Below, piece after piece: positions 1-12,425 of a stretch of 64,000 nt of DNA (the stretch's first letter is position 1; the number at the start of each line of letters is the position of its first letter). The notes beneath the pieces were generated by a model. It was not told the DNA's origin and did not search any database. It saw only the letters and a list, made by a program, of their open reading frames with translations. A program made the translations under genes and the position numbers. Source of the DNA: Octopus sinensis. Taxonomy: Eukaryota. The DNA is taken from positions 15,500,001-15,564,000 of the forward strand of contig NC_042997.1 of assembly GCF_006345805.1 (NCBI RefSeq), given 5' to 3'.

Positions 1-75
1 ACCCGCTCAAGTTTAATTCCCTTGAGCACTACTAAATGTATTCTGTACGCAGAATATCGGATTCACACACACACG

Positions 76-119
<44 letters not shown>

Positions 120-600
120 CAATCGTGACTGTATATTTCGAAAATCCTTCGACACAGCCTTCTTAAACAAGGATTACTAAGACGAAATTTTCCTTATATA
201 TAGTAATAATTGATGGAGGGAAGAACTGAACTGAAGTAAAATTAGGGAGAGTAGGGGAAAAGGGGGGGGGGTTAACGTTTTGAATGTACAGGAAAAGTAA
301 TGTAAAGAGAGAGATCAATAATGGCGAAATTTCAAAGTAAACAGTCAAAATTAATTATGAAAAATATTAATAATAAATATTATTTTAATTCTATAATCAG
401 TAATGATTACATGTAGTTTGTGTACTTATAATATATTAAACATGCAGTAAAAGAAAATTTAGTTATTTGTTATAGAGTTAAAAGAATAGTTATTGTCAAT
501 ATTTTTTCATACTTTACGGTGACTATTTATTTTAAAGTTTCGCCGATATTGGCTTCACCCTTTGCATTAATTTTTGTTTATAGCCTAAACTTTCATTCCC

Positions 601-671
<71 letters not shown>

Positions 672-866
672 ACATACACACACACACATACAGATTCATA
701 CCCCATTGCATGTATATGTATGTATGTTTTTTATGTATTTATTTTTATGTCCAGCTGGATTGGCAAAAATGTCCGTTCTGATTTTGTCGGCACTAAACTT
801 CAAATAATAAGTAGCTAATAAGTAGCTAACTGCAGTCTGTTCCTTGTGCTTGCACACTCGTTAGAT

Positions 867-1253
867 GTGGAAGCACTCCGTCGGTTCCGACGACGAGGGT
901 TCCGGTTGATCCGATCAACGGAACAGCCTGCTCGTGAAATTAACGTGTAAGTGGCTGAGCACTCCACAGACACGTGTACCCTTAACGTAGTTCTCGGGGA
1001 TATTCAGCATGACACAGAGAGTGACAAGGCCGGCCCTTTGAAATACAGGTACAACAGAAACAGGAAGAAAGAGTGAGAGAAAGTTGTGGTGAAAGAGTAC
1101 AGCAGGGATCACCACCATCCCCTGCCGGAGCCTCGTGGAGCTTTTAGGTGTTTTCGCTCAATAAACACTCACAACGCCCGGTCTGGGAATCGAAACCGCG
1201 ATCCTACGACCGCAAGTCCGCTGCCCTAACCACTGGGCCATTGCGCCTCCACT
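867..1253 (-). mobile_element. tRNA-derived SINE family S1, full-length copy (tail type a)
   Basis: The minus strand starts gtggaggcgcaatggcccagtgg...gtttcgattcccagaccggg (A/B-box-like head). An 11-bp TSD actcgttagat lies at 856-866 and 1254-1264. Near-identical copies occur at 6127 and 6813. Confidence 0.9.
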
Positions 1254-1289
1254 ACTCGTTAGATATTTGACACTTCAATGTAGCTCGAT

Positions 1290-1640
1290 GCGAAGTTGCG
1301 ACAAGCCAAAACGAAGATTATCGACATCTCATGCTCTTATATTTAAAAAAAAAGGTAGGAAAGAGACAGAAAACTGCAGGAATGTACGTGGTGTTACGGA
1401 ATGTGTATGCCAGAAGTGGTCTGTAAGATTTCAATGCATCTCGCTCTCGTCAACCAACTGAGATTAACAGCAAAACTAGTTCCCGTTATACACCCAAGAT
1501 GATCGCAAATGTTCTCTACATATCCAAATCAAGTGTTGAAAACCATCTGCATCAATTTTGTTACGTCAGAAAGTTCGATGTTTGGGTGCCACATCAATTG
1601 AATGAAGCTAACCTCCCACAACATATTTTCATCTGCGATA
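1290..1640 (+). pseudogene. Degenerate mariner transposase, N-terminal fragment
   Basis: Translations include TECVCQKWSVRF and ISKSSVENHLHQFCYVRKFDVWVPHQL (mariner WVPHEL motif). The frame is shifted and cut by an S3 SINE. Confidence 0.8.
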
Positions 1641-2060
1641 TACTCTTTACTCTTTTACTCTTTTACTTGTTTCAGTCATTTGACTGCGGCCATGCTGGAG
1701 CACCGCCTTTAATCGAGCAACTCGACCCCGGGACTTATTCTTTTGTAAGCCCAGTACTTATTCTATCGGTCTCTTTTGCCGAACCGCTAAGTAACGGGGA
1801 CCTAAACACACCAGCATCGGTTGTCAAGCAATGCTAGGGGGACAAACACACACACACAAACACACACACGCATATATATATATATAAATATATACGACGG
1901 GCTTCTTTCAGTTTCCGTCTACCAAATCCACCCACAAGGCTTTGGTCGGCCCGAGGCTATAGTAGAAGACACTTGCCCAAGGTGCCACGCAGTGGGACTG
2001 AACCCGGAACCATGTGGTTGGTAAACAAGCTACTTACCACACAGCCACTCCTGCGCCTAT
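1641..2060 (-). mobile_element. SINE family S3 (tRNA-like head, CORE-like segment, internal microsatellite), full-length
   Basis: On the minus strand: ataggcgcaggagtggctgtgtggtaag head, accttgggcaagtgtctt (CORE-like), internal (TA)n(TG)n, then a conserved 3' half ending in (aaagagt)n. About 18 whole or partial copies are in the window. Confidence 0.85.
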
Positions 2061-2184
2061 GTAGCAGAAACGTGAAGAAAACGAACCTTTTTTTTAAAGA
2101 AGAATGGTGACAGGGGACAAAAGAACATGGCGCAACATCGAAAAATACCTTAGGAATGAGAACCCAGATTCGAAATTTCCCCAA

Positions 2185-2230
2185 GACACCTGAAGAAGGC
2201 TGGAAGGTATATCAGCCGAAACGTTGTGTT
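2185..2230 (+). ncRNA. Type I hammerhead ribozyme-like motif, family A
   Basis: gacac-CUGAAGA-a-GGCUG[10 nt]CAGCC-GAAA-C-GUU-gugUU: 5-bp stem I including one G-U, 5-bp stem II, palindromic ACGU stem III. Confidence 0.7.
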
Positions 2231-2943
2231 AACAACAAGCAAGATGAGGACAAATATCCGTCGAATGTAACTAATGTAAATAATGTAAATAATGTACATA
2301 ATTCCTCATCTCATAAATATAGAACTGAATGGTGAGTTTTGTTTGTATAGCTTTTTTTCTTTTTTTTCGTCATATATTTTACGATAACAACGCACAACAT
2401 CTTCAATGATGCGCACAACCTTTGCAAAGCGTTCGATTTTGAGGTCGTAAGTGTGGATGGTCGTAAGACGCATAGGTCGTAAATCGAGGAGAAGGTGTAT
2501 GTTTAAAATAATAAATTTTGCTGAAATTAGGGGCAGTGGGGGTGGGTAGTATATGGTTAGTAGGTAGATACAGAAAGAAGAGAGAGAAAATTTACATACG
2601 CGATATTAGTTCCACGGATAAATGGCTAAAACCAAAATTTCCGCTTTTGTAATGTTTCTATATCCTACCGCCAACAAACACAGCACACACACACACGCAC
2701 TACATAATACATATATATGTGCATAGGTATGTATATATGTATGTATGCATATAAATAAATAAATATATAATATATATATATATATTATATATATAATATA
2801 TATATATATATACAAGAATACATACATTCATACATACACACACATTATATATATATATATATATATGATTTTATTTCTTTCAATATTCACTGGCCTATTA
2901 CTAAATATAGTCATAGTATTTAGGGATGTATGTACCCAATGTC

Positions 2944-2991
<48 letters not shown>

Positions 2992-3027
2992 GTGTGTGTG
3001 TGTGTGGTGTATGTGTGCATGTGTATG

Positions 3028-3063
<36 letters not shown>

Positions 3064-3771
3064 AACACATATATTCATAGATACATACACCCAAACACAC
3101 ACGCACCCAAACACACACGTACACACACGCACACACACGCACAACACACACACACACACACACACATACACACACACACACACACACACGTCTATAGAGC
3201 TAAGTAGCTGTCTGTATTGGATAGACTAACAAGTCAAGTCAGACAGGGGGAGAGAAGCTACGGTATACTATCAAATTTCTTTTTCACTCCACGCTTACTT
3301 ATGAGCGAAAGTCAATGCAGCGTCGAAAAATGTCTGGCATTTTTTTCCCCTTCTCCTTCTTCTTCTTCTTCTTCTTCTGAGGAGATGGATAGACTAGAAA
3401 TAATCACGGCGATGCTGGCGACTGAGTATTGGTGTTGGTGGTTGTGGTTGTGGAGTTAACGATGGCGTTGGTAGTGGTTGTGGAGTATGTGAGGATGTTG
3501 CTGGAGGAGAAAAAAAAATGAGAAACGTCCAGAGAAACTGCTTAAATATAAGGTAAATTGAATTTAGACAAAGAATAAAATAAAAGAGAGAAAAATGAAA
3601 TCAAACATGTAAAAGAGAAATAAATAAGAATAAAGGCTAGGAAACTGATAAAAGCATATTGTTTGATATATATATATATATATCCCAGAGAAAGCACATA
3701 AATGTGAAACAAGGTGGAAAAAAATAGTACTAGAATACCGGAGGTAGGGTAATATGCTTTATTAATAAGCA

Positions 3772-3807
3772 GTCCGACGAACGGGAACGTGAAACTCTGA
3801 GTAACAG
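3772..3807 (+). ncRNA. Hammerhead-like motif, family B (U4C), stem I partly lost
   Basis: gt-CCGACGA-ACG[GGAA]CGU-GAAA-CUC[U]GAG-UA-acag. Confidence 0.5.
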
Positions 3808-3842
3808 TTTTTGCAGCTTTATTAAAAGGATATATATATATA

Positions 3843-3901
<59 letters not shown>

Positions 3902-3903
3902 GA

Positions 3904-4021
<118 letters not shown>

Positions 4022-4319
4022 GTAATTGTGTATACATATATTCACATGCACGCGCACACTTAGACACACTCATATACATAACGTGATTGGGATATAAGGA
4101 ATTTGCGAAGCATAGAAGGGCTTGTCAGTTTTTGGTTATGACGTTTCTACTGAACAAAGAATGGCTTGAACTATGCCAGATTTTCCTTTATTTGATTTAT
4201 ATTCCATACGATTTAAGGATTGCGATGGGTTTTTTCGCGGACATACGTTGTGTTCTATATGAAATCCAACTAGTAAAACCATTACCAAGGTGGTCGGACT
4301 TGTACATAGTTACTTGATC

Positions 4320-4732
4320 TCTTTACTCTTTTACTCTTTTACTTGTTTCAGTCATTTGACTGCGGCCATGCTGGAGCACCGCCTTTTTAGTCGAGCAAAT
4401 CGACCCCGGGACTTATTCTTTGTAAGCCCAGTACTTATTCTATCGATCTCTTTTGCCGAACCGCTAAGTGACGGGGACGTAAGCACACCAGTATAGGTTG
4501 TCAAGCAATGCTACGGGGACAAACACACACACACACATACACATATATACATATATATACATATATACGACAGGCTTCTTTCAGTTTCCGTCTACCAAAT
4601 CCACTCACAAGGCATTGGTCGGCCCGGGGCTATAGCAGAAGACACTTGCCCAAGATGCCACGCAGTGGGACTGAACCCGGAACCATGTGGTTGGTTAGCA
4701 AGCTACTTACCACACAGCCACTCCTACGCCTA
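4320..4732 (-). mobile_element. SINE family S3, full-length
   Basis: Same architecture as 1641-2060. Shares diagnostic variants (ggcattggtcggcccggggctatagcag) with the copies at 30060 and 42614. Confidence 0.85.
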
Positions 4733-5145
4733 TTAGAAATAGGAACCAAAACGTCCTCCGATTCACATTCCATTGTCCTCAATAAGGAAAAGAGGACAAC
4801 ATTGGATGATGTAGTGCAAGCAACAAACCACCATCACCACCACCACCACCACCACCACCGCCGCCGCCGCCGCCGCCGCCACCGCCAAATGCCAGTACCT
4901 AAACGATCCGGAAAGGACGACATGCTAAGTCGATCCCGGTGGGATCTGCACGCAAACGTGAAGGGATGTAACTATACACCGTAAAATACCTAAACCTGTT
5001 GCTAATCAGAATGAAGAAAACCTTTATAACTCACTCGAAAGAGCAGCAAACTCACCCTCAGTTTACACCATTCGATTATAAAATAATAAAAAATATATTG
5101 GATAACCGTCTATCTAAAATAGACACACATTTCTTTGTGTGTATC

Positions 5146-5181
5146 CTTCTGAAGATAGGCCTTTGTGCCTGAAATATAAAG
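5146..5181 (+). ncRNA. Hammerhead-like motif, family C
   Basis: ctt-CUGAAGA-u-AGGC[cuuugu]GCCU-GAAA-U-AUA-aag. Stem I is only 3 bp. Confidence 0.5.
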
Positions 5182-5469
5182 TTTTTTTTTTTTTTAATCT
5201 TTCTGCATTGTTCAAAGCTTTCCCCATTTCTCATTACATTGGACAATGTAGTTGCTGATAAACAAAGCAATCGAATGGTCAGAAATGAAACGCCTTGGAA
5301 CATAGTTCTACTCTATCAGAGCAAATCTACGTTTAAACAACACTTTCAAGTTCAGAAATTTGGTGAGGAGTGGGAGAAAAAATACGATTGTATCGACCCC
5401 AGGACTTGACTGCTACTTTATTTTATTGACATCGAAAGAATGAAAGTGGACCCCGGCAGAATTTGGACC

Positions 5470-5868
5470 TATTTTTCTTTGTCTTTTACTTGTCTTAGTC
5501 ATTAGATTGAAACAAGTAAAGGATATCATCGAGGAACCGCCTTCAAGAATCGACCTTAATCCATTTTTTAAGCCTAGTACTTATTGTATCAATCTCTTTT
5601 GCCGAATCGCAAAGTCATGAGGATGTAAACACACCAACACCGGTTGCCAAGTGGTGATGGGGGACAAACATAGACACTGGGAGACACACACATTGGTATG
5701 TATACGACAGGTTTCTTTCAGTTTCTGCTTACCAAATCCATTCACAAGGCTTTGCTCGGCCCGAAGCTATAATAGAAGATACTAGCCTAAGGTATCACGC
5801 AGTGGGATTGAACCCAGAACCATGTGGCTGGGAAGCAAGCTTCTTACCACACAGCCACTCCTGCGCTT
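5470..5868 (-). mobile_element. SINE family S3, diverged copy
   Basis: Both halves align to S3 with many substitutions. The head cacagccactcctgcgct is near 5850-5868. Confidence 0.75.
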
Positions 5869-6126
5869 ATTATGTGAGCAAAAATTAAACAAATTGTGAC
5901 ATATAAGACTATTTAAAATCCACCAAGTTCTGAATGGCCCCCAAATACATCAAATTTGAATTTTTTAAGGAAGGATCCGCATCTCACGCAGAATACCTTT
6001 GAGAAGCTGACCAATGTCAAATAATCTGGTTTGTCATTGTTTTGAAGTGAAAATTTTATCGACATCAATTTTTGTGCTCCATAAAATAAGATACCAAATA
6101 AATAGTCTTGTACATAGTATCAGTAA

Positions 6127-6515
6127 GTGGAGGCGCAATGGCCCAGTGGTTAGAGCAGCCGACTCGCGGTCATAGGATCGCGGTTTCGATTCCCAGACCG
6201 GGCGTTCTGAGTGTTTATTGATCGAAAACACCTAAAGTTCCACGAGGCTCCGGCAGGGGATGGTGGTGATCCCTGCTGTACTCTTTCACCACAACTTTCT
6301 CTCACTCTTACTTCCTGTTTCTGTTGTACCTGTATTTCAAAGGGCCGGCCTTGTCATTCTCTGTGTCATGCTGAATATCCCCGAGAACTACGTTAAGGGT
6401 ACACGTGTCTGTGGAGTGCTCAGCAACTTACACGTTAATTTCACGAGCAGGCTGTTCCGTTGATTCGGATCAACCGGGACCCTCATCGTCGTAACTGACG
6501 GAGTGCTTCCAATCC
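6127..6515 (+). mobile_element. SINE family S1, full-length
   Basis: Head gtggaggcgcaatggcccagtgg. An 11-bp TSD agtatcagtaa lies at 6116-6126 and 6516-6526. Confidence 0.9.
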
Positions 6516-6812
6516 AGTATCAGTAAACAAGCTGTTAGGAATCCACAAAAGAACTGAGATGAGGAAGTTGTTCGAAAGTGTTTAAACTATGAATGGAAAT
6601 GATAATGATGCAGTTGTGCATGTAAAGAAGAGAATTGAAACAAGGGCTTCTACTGGTGGTATCTTGGGTAGAAAAAAAAAGGTATTTAGGGTAAAACTTA
6701 GAATTCTTAGAATTTAATCGGTTTATTGTCAAGTTCCAAAAAAAAAATCACGTAAGTTGCTAGAGGATATCTCCCACCCAAAAATGTGGAGACGACAGAG
6801 CTAAAGAAGAAC

Positions 6813-7140
6813 TGGAAGCACTCCGTCGGTTACGACGACGAGGGTTCCGGTCGATCCGAATCAACGGAACAGCCTGCTCGTGAAATTAACGTGTAAGTGG
6901 CTGAACACTCCACAGACACGTGTACCCTTAACGTAGTTCTCGGGGATATTCAGTGTGACACAGAGAGTGACAAGGCCGGCCCTTTGAAATACAGGTACAA
7001 CAGAAACAGGAAGTAAGAGTGAGAGAAAGTTGTGGTGAAAGAGTACAGCAGAGATCACCACCATCCCCTGCCGGAGCCTCGTGGAACTTATAGGTGTTTT
7101 CGCTCAATAAACACTCACAACGCCCGGTCTGGGAATCGAA
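6813..7140 (-). mobile_element. SINE family S1, 5'-truncated
   Basis: Near-identical to 867-1200 and stops at gggaatcgaa. Confidence 0.85.
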
Positions 7141-7179
7141 GAAAGACTTTATGTAAGAGATAGATAAAGTGAGAGAAAT

Positions 7180-7507
7180 AAAGGCGGCGAGCTGGTAGAA
7201 ACGTTAGCACGCCAGGCGATATGCTTAGCGGTATTCCGTCTGTCGTTACGTTGTGAGTTCAAATTCCGCTGAGGTCGACTTTGCCTTTCATCCTTTCGAG
7301 GTCGATAAATTAAGCACCAGTTATGCACTGGGGTCGATGTAATCGACTTAATACCTATGTCTGTTCTTGTTTGTCCCCTCTATGTTTAGCCCCTTGTGGG
7401 TAATAAAGAAATAGGTATTTCGTCTGTCTTTACGTTCTGAGTTCAAATTCCGCCGAGATCGACTTTCTCTTTTATCATTTCGGGGTCGATAAATTAAGTA
7501 CCAGTTG
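7180..7507 (+). mobile_element. SINE family S2 (aaggcggcgagctggcagaa head), two internal modules
   Basis: B-box-like gagttcaaattcc and the conserved gcctttcatcctttcggggtcgataaattaagtaccag segment each occur twice. Confidence 0.8.
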
Positions 7508-8177
7508 CCTATGCATGTTTATATATGTGTATTCTTTTATTCTTTTACTTGTTTCAGTCATTTGACTGTGGCCATGCTGGAGCATCGCTTTGAAGTGTTT
7601 TTGTCGAACAATTCGACCATAAGACATTTCTTTAAGCCTAGTACTTATTCTATCGGTCTCTTTGCCGAACCGCGAAGCTACAGGAACGTAAACACACCAA
7701 CACCGGTTGTCAAGCGAAGATGGATGAGTGGGACAAACACAGACACACAGACACACAGACCACACACACATATACATTCAGAATTTCAGGAAGCAATATC
7801 CACGAAAGGAATTGTTATAAACAATCCTGATGCCAAGTGGGTTTAACCAAATATATTGATAGGAAGTTCATCAATATATATGTGTATAAACAGTCTCATA
7901 AAATTAAAATTAAAAAGTCTACAAAAGAAAATGGAGAAGAAAGATGTTGGGGATATTTTGGGGGCTATTTTGTTGGTTGAGGCGGTTCCTTTTGTATTCT
8001 TATAAGTATATTTTTCATCTTTTAATTTGCATTACTTTTCCAATTGTAATACAAATAATGGCGGTGCCCCAGTATGGCCACAGCTCATGGGCTGAAACTA
8101 GAATCAATCAAAACAAACCAAGCATCTTTTAAATTTTTCTTCTCCATTTTCTTTCATTGATTGTTTTACTTAAATAT

Positions 8178-8238
<61 letters not shown>

Positions 8239-8414
8239 TATATATAATATATATATTATATATATATATATACGACAGACTTCTTTCAGTTTCCGTCTCC
8301 AAATCCACTCACAAGGCTTTGGTCGGCCCGAAACTATAGTAAAATACACTTGCCCAAGGTACCACGCAGTGAGATTGAACCCGGAACTCTGTGATTGGGA
8401 GGTAAGCTTTTTAT

Positions 8415-8828
8415 TTCTTTTTTGTCCTCAAGGAGCTAAACATAGAGGGGACAAACAAGGACAAACAAAGGGATTAAGACGATTATATCGACCCCAGTGC
8501 GTAGCTGGTACTTAAAATTATCGACCCCGAAAGAATGAAAGGCAAAATCGACCTCGGCGGAATTTGAACTCAGTACGTAGCAGCAGACGAAATACCCATT
8601 TCTTTACTACTCACAAGGGGCGAAATACAGAGAGGACAAACAAGGACAGACAAACGGATTAAGTCGATTATATCGACCCCAGTGCGTAACTGGTACTTAT
8701 TTAATCGACCCCGAAAGGATGAAAGGCAAAGTCGACCTCGGCGGATTTTGAACTCAGAACGTAGCGGCAGACGAAATACCGCTAAGCATTTCGCCCGGCG
8801 TGCTAACGTTTCTGCCAGCTCACCGCTT
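8415..8828 (-). mobile_element. SINE family S2 with tandem internal module
   Basis: Reverse complement of S2 with the approximately 190-bp module repeated. Confidence 0.8.
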
Positions 8829-10425
8829 ATCGGAAGATAAGCTTCTTACCCCACAGTCATAGTAGAGAAAGAGAGAGAGAGAAAGGAAGGGGATTGGGGA
8901 TTGCTTCTCTCATACAATATTTTTGGGACAAGCAGGCTTCTTTCACTGTCTTGAACAGTTCTTAGCTGCAGATTAAGGTATCCTTTTCTGTTCATAAGAA
9001 GATATACGTCCTCACCCGCAATGAAGTCCAGGGATTTAGTGAATATCTTTGGTGGTTCTAAAACTAGAATTATTTCATTCACAGAACATGTCAAATTCTA
9101 TGAATTTTGCAATGGAGATCTACACGAATAAACAAAGTAATAATTTTAAGGAGGCTGGGCCAAAGGAAAGAACCTCGGTTTGCTAGAAATAGTAATGAAA
9201 TCTCCCACTAATCACATCCACTTGTTTTTTAAAAAAGGAAAAACATATAGGATGATTTAGTCCTGTATGTGCGCATGCACATGGTTACATATTTATTTCA
9301 TCTACACAGGGGTTTTATGTAATTTAAATTAATTTCGGTTCTGATTTTTGTTGTTTGTACTATAATGGAGAAAGCTGCTTATTAATTAGGTATGTAACAA
9401 TTACTAAAAGTACTAAAAGAAAGCAATTATTAAAGGGTTGACCGTCTGGAAATATTTTTATAAATTCATATTCTTAGAGATTACCTATAATTTCGCTTTC
9501 TCAAGATTATTGAATTTTTTAAACTCCAATTTCTCGCAAATTTAAATATTCATTGCATTCACTGCGTCCAATTCTTCACAGATTTAAATATTCATTGCAT
9601 TCACTGCGGAGTATTCCATTTTCATTTGTAAAGTCTCTCAGTTTCTCTTTTAAGTTTTAATTCGCTATTTGGAAAACCGATCGTTTATTCTATTAATGTA
9701 TACATTACTTATTGAATGAAAATAAAAAAAAATACCCGTATAATTTTTGAACGCGGGATAGCTGTGAGGAGAGTCTAGACAGTTTGGTAATTACTATTAG
9801 AAGACGAGATAAAAAGAAAAAGTTACCGACAAGTACTCGAAACTTGCACCTTATTCACAGTTTCCAAACATTCTGTACTACTAAGCTAATATATACACAA
9901 GCAAAAGGCGGCGAACTGACAGAGACGTTAGCATGCCACAACATCTAAGCAGTATTTGTAGAAAATTTTGTTCAAAAGTATTCATTTTTCTGAATGTTAT
10001 GAGGCGTATACATCTGTAGTAATGCCCTTTCCTTTATACGACTTTTTTAATTTCATATTTATTCATTCACTGTTTGCAATGTTCTCTCTCTCCGTCCCTC
10101 TTTCTCTCTCTCTCTCTATCACACACACACATACGCACACTCACATACACACACAGACACTTCAAAACTGAAATCTCTATGTTGCTTTGAGGGAAAGGTA
10201 AAACTTGATAAACTGCTTCTCCCTCTGTTGTTGGACTACCGTGATGTTTGTTTAGAAAAGAGATTATGGCTGTGATAAAATAATGAAAGCAACTAAGCAA
10301 GAGTGCATTATTATACAAAGAAATAATTAGACGTAAAATATAAAAATTTTAGAATTGGAATCAAATGTGAAAATGTTATCAAGGGTCTAGCATGAAACCA
10401 CCCGGAGGTGGTCTTTCTGTTAGTA

Positions 10426-10461
<36 letters not shown>

Positions 10462-10670
10462 TTAATAATATATATATATAGATTATATATATATATATAC
10501 ATACATACATAAATACATACATACATACATACATACATAAAAATACGTATACATGCATACAAATATACATATATACAAACACACACAACACATATAATAT
10601 TCTTTTATTCTTTTACTTGTTTCAGTCATGTAACTGCGGCCATGCTGGAGTACTGCCTTTTTAAATATAT

Positions 10671-10788
10671 GTTTATAGCACTTAGATTTCCCAAGTAGTC
10701 ACCCATCTAAGAACTAACTAGGCTCGACGTTGCTCAACTTCGGTGATCGAACGAGAATCGGTGTTTTCAACTTGATATGGCTATGTAT
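10671..10788 (-). pseudogene. 5S rRNA pseudogene
   Basis: The minus strand reads ccatatcaagttgaaaacaccgattctcgttcgatcaccgaagttgagcaacgtcgagcctagttagttcttagatgggtgactacttgggaa, collinear with metazoan 5S rRNA but with many substitutions. It is a single isolated copy. Confidence 0.85.
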
Positions 10789-10995
10789 ATATATATATAT
10801 GTATATATATAGTTGGAATTTACAAAAAAAAAAACAAAAAAAAACAAAAGACGAAGACAGGTGTATAAACAAGAAGCAGTTGTATTAGATTGACGATCGG
10901 GAAGGTGAGAAAGTCTTTTATGTTTCGAACCTACGCTATTCAAAAGGAAGGAACACGAAGAAATAAACAGAGAATATATATATATATATATATAT

Positions 10996-11280
10996 GTGGA
11001 GGCGCAATGGCCCAGTCGTAGGATCGCGGTTTCGATTCCCAGACCGGGCGTTGTGAGTGTTTATTGAGCGAAAACACCTTAAAAAGCTCCACGAGGCTCC
11101 GGCAGGGGGTCGTGATCCCTGCTGTACTCTTTCACCACTCTTTCTTGAACTCTTTCTTCTGTTGGCCTGCTCGCTTAGCCAGCGGGGTGGCGTAATTCGA
11201 AGGCTAAAACAATGCGAATGCATTGTGACCAGCGATGTGTAACAACAACATCTGATGGTCTGGTCGGTCACGTGATGATG
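10996..11280 (+). mobile_element. SINE family S1 head with alternative tail b
   Basis: The S1 head and body are followed by ggcctgctcgcttagccagcggggtggcg...ggtcggtcacgtg. The same tail occurs alone at 33678-33788 (-). Confidence 0.8.
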
Positions 11281-11320
11281 GTGAGGTGATTATATAATAT
11301 ATATTATATATATAAAAATA

Positions 11321-11352
<32 letters not shown>

Positions 11353-12086
11353 CAAGATGGATTGGTCAAGGCTTGGAACGCCGCCTTAGCTCAACAACAA
11401 TATTAAGAAAGGCTAATAATGCATGCAGTTCAATGTTCATTAGAAACTGTGTTTAAAAGCTCAATGGGTATAGTCTGGTATTCTTCTAGTATTCTTATTT
11501 GATTTATAGATCCTGTCATATTTTTGTAGAATCCATCAGAAATTTACAACCTCCACGAAAAAATGGTGTAAGAAGTATGAATTTTATAGTATTCACACTA
11601 ATTGATGTTTCTCAGAATGTTTTTTTTTTTAAATATCAACCTATGTATCTTACTTAATGCAGATACATCACGGAAAGCGAAATTGACTTCGGTATTACTC
11701 TTGGGATAATATCACTTATAGACGTACAGTATCGGAGATAGCTATTTTAAACGAATACTATTTTTGTGACATAAGAGTTTCTTAAAATATTTCTCAAAAG
11801 ATAGGAAATAGCTGTGATCTGTTGGTGATCCTCTTCAAAGCTTAGATAAGATACACAATGGAGTGCTGCTCGACATAGGACACCGCTATTACTATGTATA
11901 CGAAGGTCTTAAGACTGTGCTCAAAATGTGATAATCTTACCGATTATCAAAAATGTGCTCACTAAAACAATACAAAATTTGGTCTCACAGACATGTTCGC
12001 TCTCCTCTTGCATCTTATTTCATCCTTACCTCAACTGTTAATCCTTTGAACCAGAAAGTTGCATGTCACTTCTACCCAATTCCACC

Positions 12087-12198
<112 letters not shown>

Positions 12199-12366
12199 TT
12201 AACATATCCCTGTTACAAAGACTGTATATTGTAATTGTAGCAATTTGCAACAACCAATAATTAACGCAACCAAACTTCCACATGTTACTTTTGACAATCT
12301 TTTCCAAAGAGTGAAACCGGTAAAGTAAATAAACATCTTTTAAATTGCATTTTCAAACCTTCTTTC

Positions 12367-12425
<59 letters not shown>

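Noticed and set aside
886-945. CCGACGA...GAAA hammerhead-like pattern in the S1 tail
   Set aside because: Other copies read ACGACGA, and there is no stem III/NUH or stem I. It is just the SINE 3' stem-loop read on the opposite strand.
3374-3412. CUGAGGA...GAAA
   Set aside because: No convincing stem II or stem I.
4508-4984. 158-aa ORF with poly-His/poly-Arg
   Set aside because: It is composed of an S3 SINE, a (CAC)n(CGC)n repeat and a decayed S2 fragment.
6127-6200. tRNA-like sequences at SINE heads (also 1180-1253, 26853-26925, 61295-61370)
   Set aside because: They have no complete cloverleaf and continue into SINE bodies, so they were not called as tRNA genes.
8846-9094. 82-aa minus-strand ORF with possible ag/gt boundaries (EPPKIFTKSLDFIAG)
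   Set aside because: No recognisable homology, and splice-like dinucleotides are expected by chance.
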